Assembly: GCF_001306055.1 (NCBI RefSeq)
Contig: NZ_LGHJ01000007.1
Location: forward strand, 1 to 32,000
Source of the DNA: Bellilinea caldifistulae
GTDB taxonomy: Bacteria; Chloroflexota; Anaerolineae; Anaerolineales; Anaerolineaceae
Reading direction: 5' to 3'
DNA length: 32,000 nucleotides
The notes beneath the pieces were generated by a model. It was given only the letters and a program-made list of their open reading frames with translations, did not search any database and was not told the origin of the DNA. Both the position numbers and the translations under genes were made by a program. Positions 7,016 through 14,842 of this stretch are shown here, in pieces; position 1 is the first letter of the stretch; the number at the start of each line of letters is the position of its first letter.

Positions 7016-9967
7016 ATGATTTCTCTAATTCGGAAGCGAGGGTCAAACAGCATTCGCAGCCAGATGCGTATGATTGTTCTGTTGCTGCTTGTTGCTTTTT
7101 TGATCATTGATGGACTGGGAATCTGGTTTTTTATATACCGGCTTGAAAAAAACACCTGGAAAGAAAGACAAAATGAAGCTGTAGTCAACGCCAGTAACAC
7201 AATTTCACAAACATTAAGACAGGTTCGTTCTGCCCTCTTCTGGCTTGGAAACTTTGGTGATCCGGCAAGCCTGCAAGATCCGGTGGTTATTCGAACCCTG
7301 ACAAGTCAGCTACCTGACTTACTGGAATTTGTTTACTTTGATCGTAATGGTGAGTTGCTATCGAATGTTTCTTTTGATGAAGTATCTTTCCTTGGGACTT
7401 CTGAGCAGGTCATCTATACTAACTGGTTTTTACAGGCAAGAAACAACAAGGTCTTTATTGGGAATGTTCAATATTCCTCAACAAATCAACCTTTTATTAT
7501 TTTTTCTGCGCCAGTTTTCAGGAATGGCAATATTATCGCAGTAAGGTTGAACGCTGAATTCTTGAGAGAAGTAATTGAAGGTATACAGATTGGTGAGCAA
7601 GGTAAAGTATATTTATTGGATCAAGACGGTTCAATCATCGTTCACTCAAATCCAGAAGTTGCTGATGATCAACTAAATATTCGCAATCGGCCCGAGATAG
7701 TAAATATTTTTAGAACAATCAACCGAATTTGGGAAGGCGAATATGTCAATTTTGAGGGAGTATCAGTTTCAGGGGCCAGCATGCCAATCCCTGAATCCAG
7801 TTGGATATTAATTGTTGAAGTGCCTTTATCCGAAATCTACCAAAACACTCGACTCGCTGCATTTTTGGTGATTGGCGGCATGGTGCTTCTTGGATTGATA
7901 TTATTTCCTATTTTTAATTTTTGGTTTGAACGATTGTTTATGGAGCCATTGGGTGATCTGATATCTGGTTCGAGAAGGATTGGTAAAGGGGATTTGGACT
8001 ATCGAGTTCCCGATTTGCCAACTGCGGAATTCAATGACCTGAGTGCCTCGATCAATCAGATGGCGGCTGATTTAAGGGAAAGAGATACAGAGCTTCAAAT
8101 TCAGTATCAAACCTTACAGCAGGAAATAAAGGATAGACAAAAAGCGGAGGATGCCCTTCGAATCTTAAATCAAGAATTAGAGCGGCGCGTTGAAGAACGA
8201 ACTCAGCAATTAGTGGTGATAAATGAGAATTTGAAGAACGAGATTGAGGAAAGGGAAAGATTGGAGCGTTTATACCAGAATCTAGTTGAAAAAATGCCAG
8301 CGGTATCTTATGTGATGAATCTTGAAAAAGAATTCTCCTTTACTTTTGTAAGTCCTCAAATACAAGTATTGACCGGATGGGATCCGAAAGATTGGATTGA
8401 CATCGAAGATTTTCGATTGAAGTGTATTCACCCAGAGGACGTTCATGAATTTGTGGAAGCCTTAAAAAGATCCATAAAAAATCACGAACCGTTTCATCAT
8501 GAATATCGTCTCATCCATCGAAATGGGGATGTTGTTTGGGTAGAAGATTTTGCTTCTCCATTATTGAATGGCAATAATATGGTTGAATCTTATCAGGGGG
8601 TGATTCTCGATATCACCAACAGAAAGAAAGCCGAAGCCGAGTTAATTTACAACGCTTATCATGACGTCCTGACTGGTCTTGTTAATCGGGCTTATCTTGT
8701 TGAGAGATTAAACCAGATATTATCTCGTCGGCATCCGTTCAGCGAGCAGCCTCTGTTCAGTTTGTTATTCATGGATTTGGATCGGTTTAAGATTATCAAC
8801 GACAGTCTGGGGCATCGAATCGGTGATCAATTGTTGATTGAAGCAGCCCATCGGTTGCAAAACAACCTCTTCCCAACAAGTACTCTTGCGCGTTTTGGCG
8901 GAGATGAATTTGTCATACTGGTGGAAGGGGAAGATCCTCGCCGGGATGCGGTCCAGTTGGCGGACCAAATTTTACTTGATTTTCAATCGCCGTTTTTACT
9001 TGATGGTAAGACCCTCTTTACGACTATCAGTTTGGGATTAGTGATTGATAATGGGGAATATACAGAACCGGATGAAGTACTTCGAGATGCGGATATTGCC
9101 ATGTATCGAGCTAAAGCCCGCGGAAGGGCATGTTATGAGGTGTTTTCTAAACCTCTGTTGGATCAGGTTATCAATCGGCATCAAATTGAAGCCTTGCTGC
9201 GCGACGCACTGAAGAGAAATGAATTTAATTTATATTACCAACCGATTGTTGCGCTAAAAGATGGTCGAGTGGTTGGATTTGAGGCGTTGATTCGATGGAT
9301 CACACCTCAGCACGGTTTAATTCAACCGTCTGAATTTATCTCATTGGCAGAAGAAACCGGGCTTATTCATCAAATTGACCGTTGGGTGATGCATGAGGCC
9401 TGTCGTCAAGTGCAGCAATGGTATCAGTATGGTCTATCTTCTTTTCCATTCACCGTCAGTGTAAATTTGTCAGGGAGTCTGTTGCATCAGGGAAATGTGG
9501 TTCAAATGATCAGTGAAATACTGGCAGAAACAGGTATCTCCCCCCAATCTTTGAAAATTGAATTGACGGAAAGTGTATTTTTAGAAACTAGCCCTTCCGT
9601 CAATCAGCAGATTCAAAATATTCGTGATCTTGGGATCCAATTACAAATTGACGATTTCGGCACAGGATACTCATCCTTGTCTTATCTTCAGCGTTTTCCA
9701 ATAACTGCGATCAAGATTGATCGTAGTTTTATCAGCAGAATTGATGCACAATATTCGGGGACGGAGATTGTTCAGGCAATCATTACCCTCGCAAAAGAGT
9801 TGGGTTTGGAAATTATTGCCGAGGGAATAGAAACCGTCAGCCAGCTTCACTGGTTGAAGGAGGCTGGCTGCGATTATGGACAGGGTTATTTGCTCTATCG
9901 CCCGATGGACGCCGAATCTACAGAAAAACTTCTCAGGAACATTGGAAAAGGCGATGAGGTCATGTAA
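7016..9967 (+). CDS. Membrane sensor with dCache - TM - HAMP - coiled coil - PAS - GGDEF - EAL (putative bifunctional diguanylate cyclase/phosphodiesterase)
   Basis: N-terminal TM LLLLVAFLIIDGLGIWFFIY. Cache-like block NWFLQA...FIIFSAPVF...GKVYLLDQDGSIIVHSNPE...WILIVEVPLSE. Second TM, then HAMP (GKGDLDYRVP...LSASINQMAADL). PAS (HHEYRLIHRNGDVVWVED). GGDEF at 8897-8911 (RFGGDEFVIL). EAL at 9281-9289 (FEALIRW), ELTE, QIDDFGTGYSSLSYL, KIDRSF, EGIE, QGY. Confidence 0.93.
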   Translation: MISLIRKRGSNSIRSQMRMIVLLLLVAFLIIDGLGIWFFIYRLEKNTWKERQNEAVVNASNTISQTLRQVRSALFWLGNFGDPASLQDPVVIRTLTSQLPDLLEFVYFDRNGELLSNVSFDEVSFLGTSEQVIYTNWFLQARNNKVFIGNVQYSSTNQPFIIFSAPVFRNGNIIAVRLNAEFLREVIEGIQIGEQGKVYLLDQDGSIIVHSNPEVADDQLNIRNRPEIVNIFRTINRIWEGEYVNFEGVSVSGASMPIPESSWILIVEVPLSEIYQNTRLAAFLVIGGMVLLGLILFPIFNFWFERLFMEPLGDLISGSRRIGKGDLDYRVPDLPTAEFNDLSASINQMAADLRERDTELQIQYQTLQQEIKDRQKAEDALRILNQELERRVEERTQQLVVINENLKNEIEERERLERLYQNLVEKMPAVSYVMNLEKEFSFTFVSPQIQVLTGWDPKDWIDIEDFRLKCIHPEDVHEFVEALKRSIKNHEPFHHEYRLIHRNGDVVWVEDFASPLLNGNNMVESYQGVILDITNRKKAEAELIYNAYHDVLTGLVNRAYLVERLNQILSRRHPFSEQPLFSLLFMDLDRFKIINDSLGHRIGDQLLIEAAHRLQNNLFPTSTLARFGGDEFVILVEGEDPRRDAVQLADQILLDFQSPFLLDGKTLFTTISLGLVIDNGEYTEPDEVLRDADIAMYRAKARGRACYEVFSKPLLDQVINRHQIEALLRDALKRNEFNLYYQPIVALKDGRVVGFEALIRWITPQHGLIQPSEFISLAEETGLIHQIDRWVMHEACRQVQQWYQYGLSSFPFTVSVNLSGSLLHQGNVVQMISEILAETGISPQSLKIELTESVFLETSPSVNQQIQNIRDLGIQLQIDDFGTGYSSLSYLQRFPITAIKIDRSFISRIDAQYSGTEIVQAIITLAKELGLEIIAEGIETVSQLHWLKEAGCDYGQGYLLYRPMDAESTEKLLRNIGKGDEVM

Positions 9968-10003
9968 AGTGTTTTGACTTTGGGTGCAGGTTAAGTTACG
10001 GCA

Positions 10004-12316
10004 TTAATGTAAGAACATGCCGATCAGTCCCTGACCATTTCCAAAGGCAACAATTAGACCCGCAAAAACCACCGAGACCATAGACATCAACTTGATCAAA
10101 ATGTTCAATGAAGGTCCGGCAGTATCTTTGAGCGGATCGCCGACCGTATCACCCACAACAGCGGCTTTATGAGCCTGGGAACCTTTTCCGCCAAATTCTC
10201 CAATTTCAATGTACTTTTTAGCGTTATCCCATGCGCCCCCCGCGTTAGACATGGTAATCGCAAGAGCAAAACCCGTTGCAAGGGTTCCGGCGAGTAAACC
10301 CAACACCCCGGCAATCCCAAAGATGACACCAACAACTACCGGCACAATGATTGCAGCAAGCGCAGGTGCAATCATTTCTTTTTGGGCAGCAGCTGTACTG
10401 ATAGCAACACAGCGGGCATAGTCGGGTTTTTCTTTCCCCTCTAAAATACCGGGTGTTTCGTGGAACTGCCGGCGAACTTCTTCAACCATTCCGGCGGCGG
10501 CTCGTCCGACCGCGCGCATTGTCATAGACGAAAAAATGAAAGCGGTTCCAACACCCGTGAACAGCCCAGCTAAAACAGCCGGATTAAGCAATGTCACATT
10601 GTAGTATTCCATGAAGTTTTGCATCGTCATTTGGGTTACATTGACCACCTGATTGCCAATGACGACCTCATTTACACCGCGCAATTCAGTAAGCACCAGC
10701 CGTACTTCTTCCAGGTAGGCGGCTAATAGCGCCATTGAAGTCAAGGCAGCAGAGCCAATAGCAAATCCCTTGCCAATTGCGGCGGTGGTGTTACCGACTG
10801 CGTCCAATTGATCGGTGCGTTCCCGCACAACTTTATCCAACCCGGCCATTTGCGCATTTCCACCGGCGTTATCGGCAATTGGCCCGTAGGCATCTGTGGC
10901 CAGGGTGAAGCCCAGAGTAGAAAGCATTGCAACCGCAGCAATACCAACCCCATAAAGACCCATCAATAAATTGACAGCTCCACCGGCTACATAGTAACTG
11001 AAAATGATACCAACTACAATCGCTGCGATAGGTAGTCCACCCGATTCCATGCCAACAGCAAGGCCTTCAATCAAGGCAGTTGCCGGGCTGGTGTGAGCCT
11101 GTGCCGCGATATCCCGGGTGGGTTGAAACGCATGGGAAGTGTAATATTCGGTAGCTTTACCCACAACAATGCCCACAATTAATCCGGCAAGGATACACAA
11201 CCAGATGGCAAGCCAATTGGGAAGACCCAGCAGGAAAACAATTGGAAGGGAAAGTACGGCAATTCCAATCGAACTCAGGTATAAACCACGACTTAAAGCG
11301 CCGATTAATGCGGCTTGATCGGCATCTTCACGCGTCCTCACCAGATAAATTGCGAATATGGAGAGTAATATCCCGAGGGCAGCCAGTGTAATTGGGGCGG
11401 AAATGTAGGCTAAACCGGCTTGCAATTCGGTCTTGCCATCTAAAAAAGCCACCCCAGACAGGCCGACCGCGGCTACACCTAGGGCTGAGGTGGCCAGGAT
11501 CGAACCAGCGTAGGATTCATACAAGTCTGCACCCATACCGGCAACATCACCGACATTATCTCCAACATTGTCAGCAATTGTGGCGGGATTGCGGGGATCA
11601 TCCTCGGGGATATTGGCTTCAACCTTACCAACCAGATCGGCGCCAACATCGGCGGCTTTGGTATAAATTCCACCCCCAACCCGGGCAAATAAAGCCTGAG
11701 TAGAAGCACCCATACCAAAACTCAACATGACCGCAGTGATCTGGGGAAGGGGATTTGCAGCGAGACTGATGAAACTTTCGGGAAGAAAGACGGGGAATAA
11801 ATAATACAACAATAAAAACCAAACCGTAATATCCAGTAGGGCAAATCCTACGACAACCAATCCCATCACGGCTCCGGCACGGAGGGCAACCTGCAAACCG
11901 TCATTGAGGCTTTTGCTGGCAGCGAATGCAGTGCGTGCAGAAGCGTTAGTGGCGGTTTTCATGCCGATAAAACCGCAAAGGCCGGAAAATAAACCACCAG
12001 TGATAAATGCAAATGGTACGATTGGATTTTGGAGTTTGAAGTAAGACAGGATCAGGAAAATTCCAAACAAGACAGCAAATACAACGCTCACCACTCGATA
12101 CTGGCGGGATAAATAAGCCATCGCACCTTCACGCACGGCCTGAGCGATGAACTGCATCTTTTCGTTTCCTTCGGAAAGTCGCATCATTTGCTGGTAAAAA
12201 AGGCGGGCAAATCCTAAAGCAATGATGGCTGCGACAGGTCCAAGCCACCACATCGGGGGGATGGTCTCGCGTGCAGCAAGGATTTGTTTGTTTAAAACAT
12301 CAAGAAGAGGGTGCAT
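10004..12316 (-). CDS. hppA: Membrane-integral pyrophosphate-energised cation pump (H+/Na+-PPase), K+-dependent subtype by signature
   Basis: Motifs [91 protein letters not shown]. About 16 hydrophobic spans. I prefer the ATG at 12316, preceded by GGTGGAG at a 9-nt spacing. The track's GTG at 12331 lies inside that SD. Confidence 0.95.
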   Translation of the reverse strand: MHPLLDVLNKQILAARETIPPMWWLGPVAAIIALGFARLFYQQMMRLSEGNEKMQFIAQAVREGAMAYLSRQYRVVSVVFAVLFGIFLILSYFKLQNPIVPFAFITGGLFSGLCGFIGMKTATNASARTAFAASKSLNDGLQVALRAGAVMGLVVVGFALLDITVWFLLLYYLFPVFLPESFISLAANPLPQITAVMLSFGMGASTQALFARVGGGIYTKAADVGADLVGKVEANIPEDDPRNPATIADNVGDNVGDVAGMGADLYESYAGSILATSALGVAAVGLSGVAFLDGKTELQAGLAYISAPITLAALGILLSIFAIYLVRTREDADQAALIGALSRGLYLSSIGIAVLSLPIVFLLGLPNWLAIWLCILAGLIVGIVVGKATEYYTSHAFQPTRDIAAQAHTSPATALIEGLAVGMESGGLPIAAIVVGIIFSYYVAGGAVNLLMGLYGVGIAAVAMLSTLGFTLATDAYGPIADNAGGNAQMAGLDKVVRERTDQLDAVGNTTAAIGKGFAIGSAALTSMALLAAYLEEVRLVLTELRGVNEVVIGNQVVNVTQMTMQNFMEYYNVTLLNPAVLAGLFTGVGTAFIFSSMTMRAVGRAAAGMVEEVRRQFHETPGILEGKEKPDYARCVAISTAAAQKEMIAPALAAIIVPVVVGVIFGIAGVLGLLAGTLATGFALAITMSNAGGAWDNAKKYIEIGEFGGKGSQAHKAAVVGDTVGDPLKDTAGPSLNILIKLMSMVSVVFAGLIVAFGNGQGLIGMFLH

Positions 12317-12377
12317 GGTATTAATCTCCACCTAATTTGTATTATTGATTTAATATGTCTAACAATTTAGCGAAAAA

Positions 12378-12406
12378 ATTATAATGGAAAAATCTTAATA
12401 AATCAA
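12378..12406 (-). promoter_or_regulatory. Near-consensus sigma70-type promoter for the pyrophosphatase gene (-35 TTGATT, 17-nt spacer, -10 TATAAT)
   Basis: The minus strand reads TTGATT (12406-12401), then 17 nt, then TATAAT (12383-12378). It lies about 60 nt upstream of the ATG at 12316, in an AT-rich divergent spacer. Confidence 0.5.
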
Positions 12407-12434
12407 AGTTTGTAGAGGAAAATTGACATTATTT

Positions 12435-12463
12435 TTACCAAACAAACACCGCTGAGATATAAT
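12435..12463 (+). promoter_or_regulatory. Candidate promoter for the methyltransferase gene (-35 TTACCA, 17 nt, -10 TATAAT)
   Basis: TATAAT at 12458-12463. The hexamer 17 nt upstream is TTACCA (4 of 6 matches). Start codon about 30 nt downstream. Confidence 0.3.
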
Positions 12464-12491
12464 CTTAAAAATTTGATTTATAGGGTAGTCA

Positions 12492-13061
12492 TTGATGTTC
12501 AAATTAAGACACTTTGATTGGTTGGCTCCGATTTATGAAAAAGTTATCTCAGGTGAAGCCACCGATAAATTGAAGGAGACCCTCGATTTAAAATCCGACC
12601 AATGGATATTAGATGCTGGTGGTGGGACAGGCCGTATTGCTGCCAGTTTACGGGGTGAGCGAAGAAAAATTATTGTTGCAGATATTTCTTATAAAATGCT
12701 TTGGCAAGCCCATCAGAAAAATGAATTGCTTTGTACAGTTTGTGATGCAACAAAATTACCTTTTGAACATCATTTTTTTGATCGTATTGTTATCGTAGAT
12801 GCGTTTCATCATATTCCCGATCAACCACAGGCAATGAATGAAATGTGGAGAGTTCTCAAACCCGGTGGAATTTTGACCATTGAAGAGCCGGATATCTCCC
12901 ACACAAGTGTAAAAATGATTGCTCTAATGGAAAGAGTTCTACTGATGGGAAGTAAGTTTTTGAAAATTGAGGAGATGGTCAGGATGATTGAATTTCATCA
13001 GCCTCAAAAAGTAATGGTGTACAATGAAAATCATTCCTATTGGATCACTGCAATCAAATAA
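12492..13061 (+). CDS. Class I SAM-dependent methyltransferase (Methyltransf_11/UbiE-like, small)
   Basis: Motif I ILDAGGGTGRIA, acidic loop IIVADIS, motif post-II IVIVDAFHH, VLKPGGILTIEEP. The start could be TTG at 12492 or ATG at 12495; no clear SD. Confidence 0.8.
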   Translation: MMFKLRHFDWLAPIYEKVISGEATDKLKETLDLKSDQWILDAGGGTGRIAASLRGERRKIIVADISYKMLWQAHQKNELLCTVCDATKLPFEHHFFDRIVIVDAFHHIPDQPQAMNEMWRVLKPGGILTIEEPDISHTSVKMIALMERVLLMGSKFLKIEEMVRMIEFHQPQKVMVYNENHSYWITAIK

Positions 13062-13086
13062 TCCACCATGAAAGGCCAATTTAACC

Positions 13087-14097
13087 ATGGCAGATGAGAA
13101 AAAAGAACCAGTTTGGAAATTCAGGGGATACGAACTGCGACCATCCGAGTTTACCACTGCGATGGTGCATTATTACCGTGCTGAAATTCAACGGAGTAAT
13201 GTGTGGCGGACCAGGCTTGACTCTACTACAAATTGGGCAGTGGTAACTACAGGAGCAACTTTATCGTTTGTTCTCTCCAGTCCAGACAATCATTTTGTCA
13301 TTATCCTCTTAACTACCATTTTGATTGCGGTTTTTTTGTGGATGGAAGCCCGTCGCTATCGGTATTATGAGTTATGGAGTTATCGAACACGATTATTGGA
13401 AACAGATTTTTTTGCCGCGATGTTAGTTCCGCCATTTGCTCCGCATGCAGAGTGGGCAGAGAGTCTGGCGCAGTCTTTGTTGCAGCCCGACTTTCCAATC
13501 ACGATGTGGGAGGCGATTGGGAGACGTTTAAGGCGTAATTATTTTTGGATATTTATTGTTTTGCTGGTTTCGTGGATCATAAAAATTGGGTTACATCCCT
13601 ATCCTCTGACCAGTTTCCAGGAATTTATCCAAAGATCAGCCATAGGGGGTATTCCGGGGGAAATTGTGATTGCCGGTGGGGTATTATTTTATCTTGGATT
13701 GATCCTTCTTGCGGTATGGACAGCCCGTTTTCATCAGGCGAGCGGAGAAGTATTACCCAAGTATGATGTCTTCAGTCCTCCCGAAAAATTTTTCCCTCGG
13801 AGGCCAGAGTTTGCGAAAAGAAAACAGTTGTTGGTGTGGATTGTCACAGACATACCCGATCAAATCTCCAGATCCATCATGGAAACAATGCACCGTGGAG
13901 TTACCTCAATCAGTGGAACAGGCATGTACACAAAAAAAAGCCATTCAATCTTAATGGTGGCTGTTACTGTGACCGAAATTGCCGAGTTGAAACGAATTGT
14001 CCAAAACATTGACCCGCAGGCATTTATTGTAGTCAATCCTGCGCAGGGAGTTTTTGGCGGAGGTTTTCAGCCGTTGACCTTAGATGAAGAAAAATGA
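13087..14097 (+). CDS. Integral membrane protein: N-terminal DUF2270-like domain fused to a C-terminal DUF2179 (YitT C-terminal) domain
   Basis: N-terminus EFTTAMVHYYRAEIQRSNVWRTRLDSTTNWAVVTTGATLSF matches my recollection of DUF2270, followed by 3-4 TM spans. C-terminus VWIVTDIPDQISRSIMETMHRGVTSISGTGMYTKKSHSILMVAVTVTEIAELKRIVQNIDPQAFIVVNPAQGVFGGGF has the DUF2179 pattern. Confidence 0.65.
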   Translation: MADEKKEPVWKFRGYELRPSEFTTAMVHYYRAEIQRSNVWRTRLDSTTNWAVVTTGATLSFVLSSPDNHFVIILLTTILIAVFLWMEARRYRYYELWSYRTRLLETDFFAAMLVPPFAPHAEWAESLAQSLLQPDFPITMWEAIGRRLRRNYFWIFIVLLVSWIIKIGLHPYPLTSFQEFIQRSAIGGIPGEIVIAGGVLFYLGLILLAVWTARFHQASGEVLPKYDVFSPPEKFFPRRPEFAKRKQLLVWIVTDIPDQISRSIMETMHRGVTSISGTGMYTKKSHSILMVAVTVTEIAELKRIVQNIDPQAFIVVNPAQGVFGGGFQPLTLDEEK

Positions 14098-14101
14098 TCC
14101 C

Positions 14102-14842
14102 CTAACTGGATTGAATTTCAGCACTTTTGGACTGTGAGTCTTTCTGATTCTGGTCAGAAAACCAGTATCCGACTCCCCATTTTGTAATGATGTAGCGTGG
14201 ATTGCTGGCATCCGGTTCGATTTTTTCTCGAAGATAGCGAACATATAAGGAGAGACTGGCAATGGCATCTGTGTAACCTTCTCCCCAGGCTTCTTTGAGA
14301 AGATCTTCGTGAGTGACCACTGCGCCAATGTTACGAACCAGACAGGCCAAAAGACGATATTCGGTGGGCGTCAGGTGAAGCATTTTACCGTTACGGTAAA
14401 CATGTTTGGTCTCCAGGTTGATTTTCAAAAAACCATCATCATACTCCAAAATTGACGGAGCGGGGTTGGTCGGGGTTTTTTTGCTACGCTTAATCAGCGC
14501 GGAAATACGAGCCTCTAGTTCCCGCAGGCTAAAAGGCTTACGGACATAATCATCTCCGCCAACTTCAAATCCTTTGACCAGATCTTGTTCGCGGCCTTTT
14601 GCAGTTAAAAATAAAATGGGTGCTTCAGTAATTTTCCTTAACCTTTTGCAAACTTCATACCCGTCCTGACCCGGCATCATGATATCCAAAATAATTAAAT
14701 CTGGCCGATTTTTCTGAACAGCAAGAATTGCTTCGTTGCTATCATTTACGCCGATGACCTCATAACCGCGGGGCGTTAAATTGACCCTTACCAGTTCGCA
14801 TAAAGTTTCGTCATCATCAATCATTATGATTTTGGGTTTCAT
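14102..14842 (-). CDS. OmpR/PhoB-family response regulator (REC + winged-helix Trans_reg_C)
   Basis: Preferred start is the ATG at 14842 (MKPKIIMIDDDE), preceded by GGAGA. It overlaps the kinase stop by 26 nt. REC motifs IMIDDDE, DLIILDIMMPGQDG, LFLTAKG. wHTH LTPTEYRLLACLV...YVRYLREKIE...YIITKWGVGYWF. The track's longer ORF to 14920 lies entirely inside the kinase gene. Confidence 0.93.
   Translation of the reverse strand: MKPKIIMIDDDETLCELVRVNLTPRGYEVIGVNDSNEAILAVQKNRPDLIILDIMMPGQDGYEVCKRLRKITEAPILFLTAKGREQDLVKGFEVGGDDYVRKPFSLRELEARISALIKRSKKTPTNPAPSILEYDDGFLKINLETKHVYRNGKMLHLTPTEYRLLACLVRNIGAVVTHEDLLKEAWGEGYTDAIASLSLYVRYLREKIEPDASNPRYIITKWGVGYWFSDQNQKDSQSKSAEIQSS

Noticed and set aside
6868-7200. 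110-aa minus-strand ORF spanning the AT-rich spacer and the 5' end of the GGDEF-EAL gene
   Set aside because: It overlaps the well-supported start and first TM helix of the sensor gene. Its translation is AT-codon-biased (Ile/Phe/Lys/Asn-rich) with no motif, so it is probably a chance ORF in AT-rich DNA.
10105-11822. Several 60-100-aa ORFs on both strands inside the pyrophosphatase gene
   Set aside because: The gene is GC-richer, which suppresses stops in alternative frames. The translations are Pro/Arg/Gly-rich nonsense, and the main frame carries all the PPase motifs.
12423-12428. Perfect TTGACA hexamer upstream of the methyltransferase gene
   Set aside because: It lies 29 nt from the only good -10 (TATAAT at 12458-12463), too far for a sigma70 promoter. 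The weaker TTACCA at the correct 17-nt spacing was reported instead, with low confidence.
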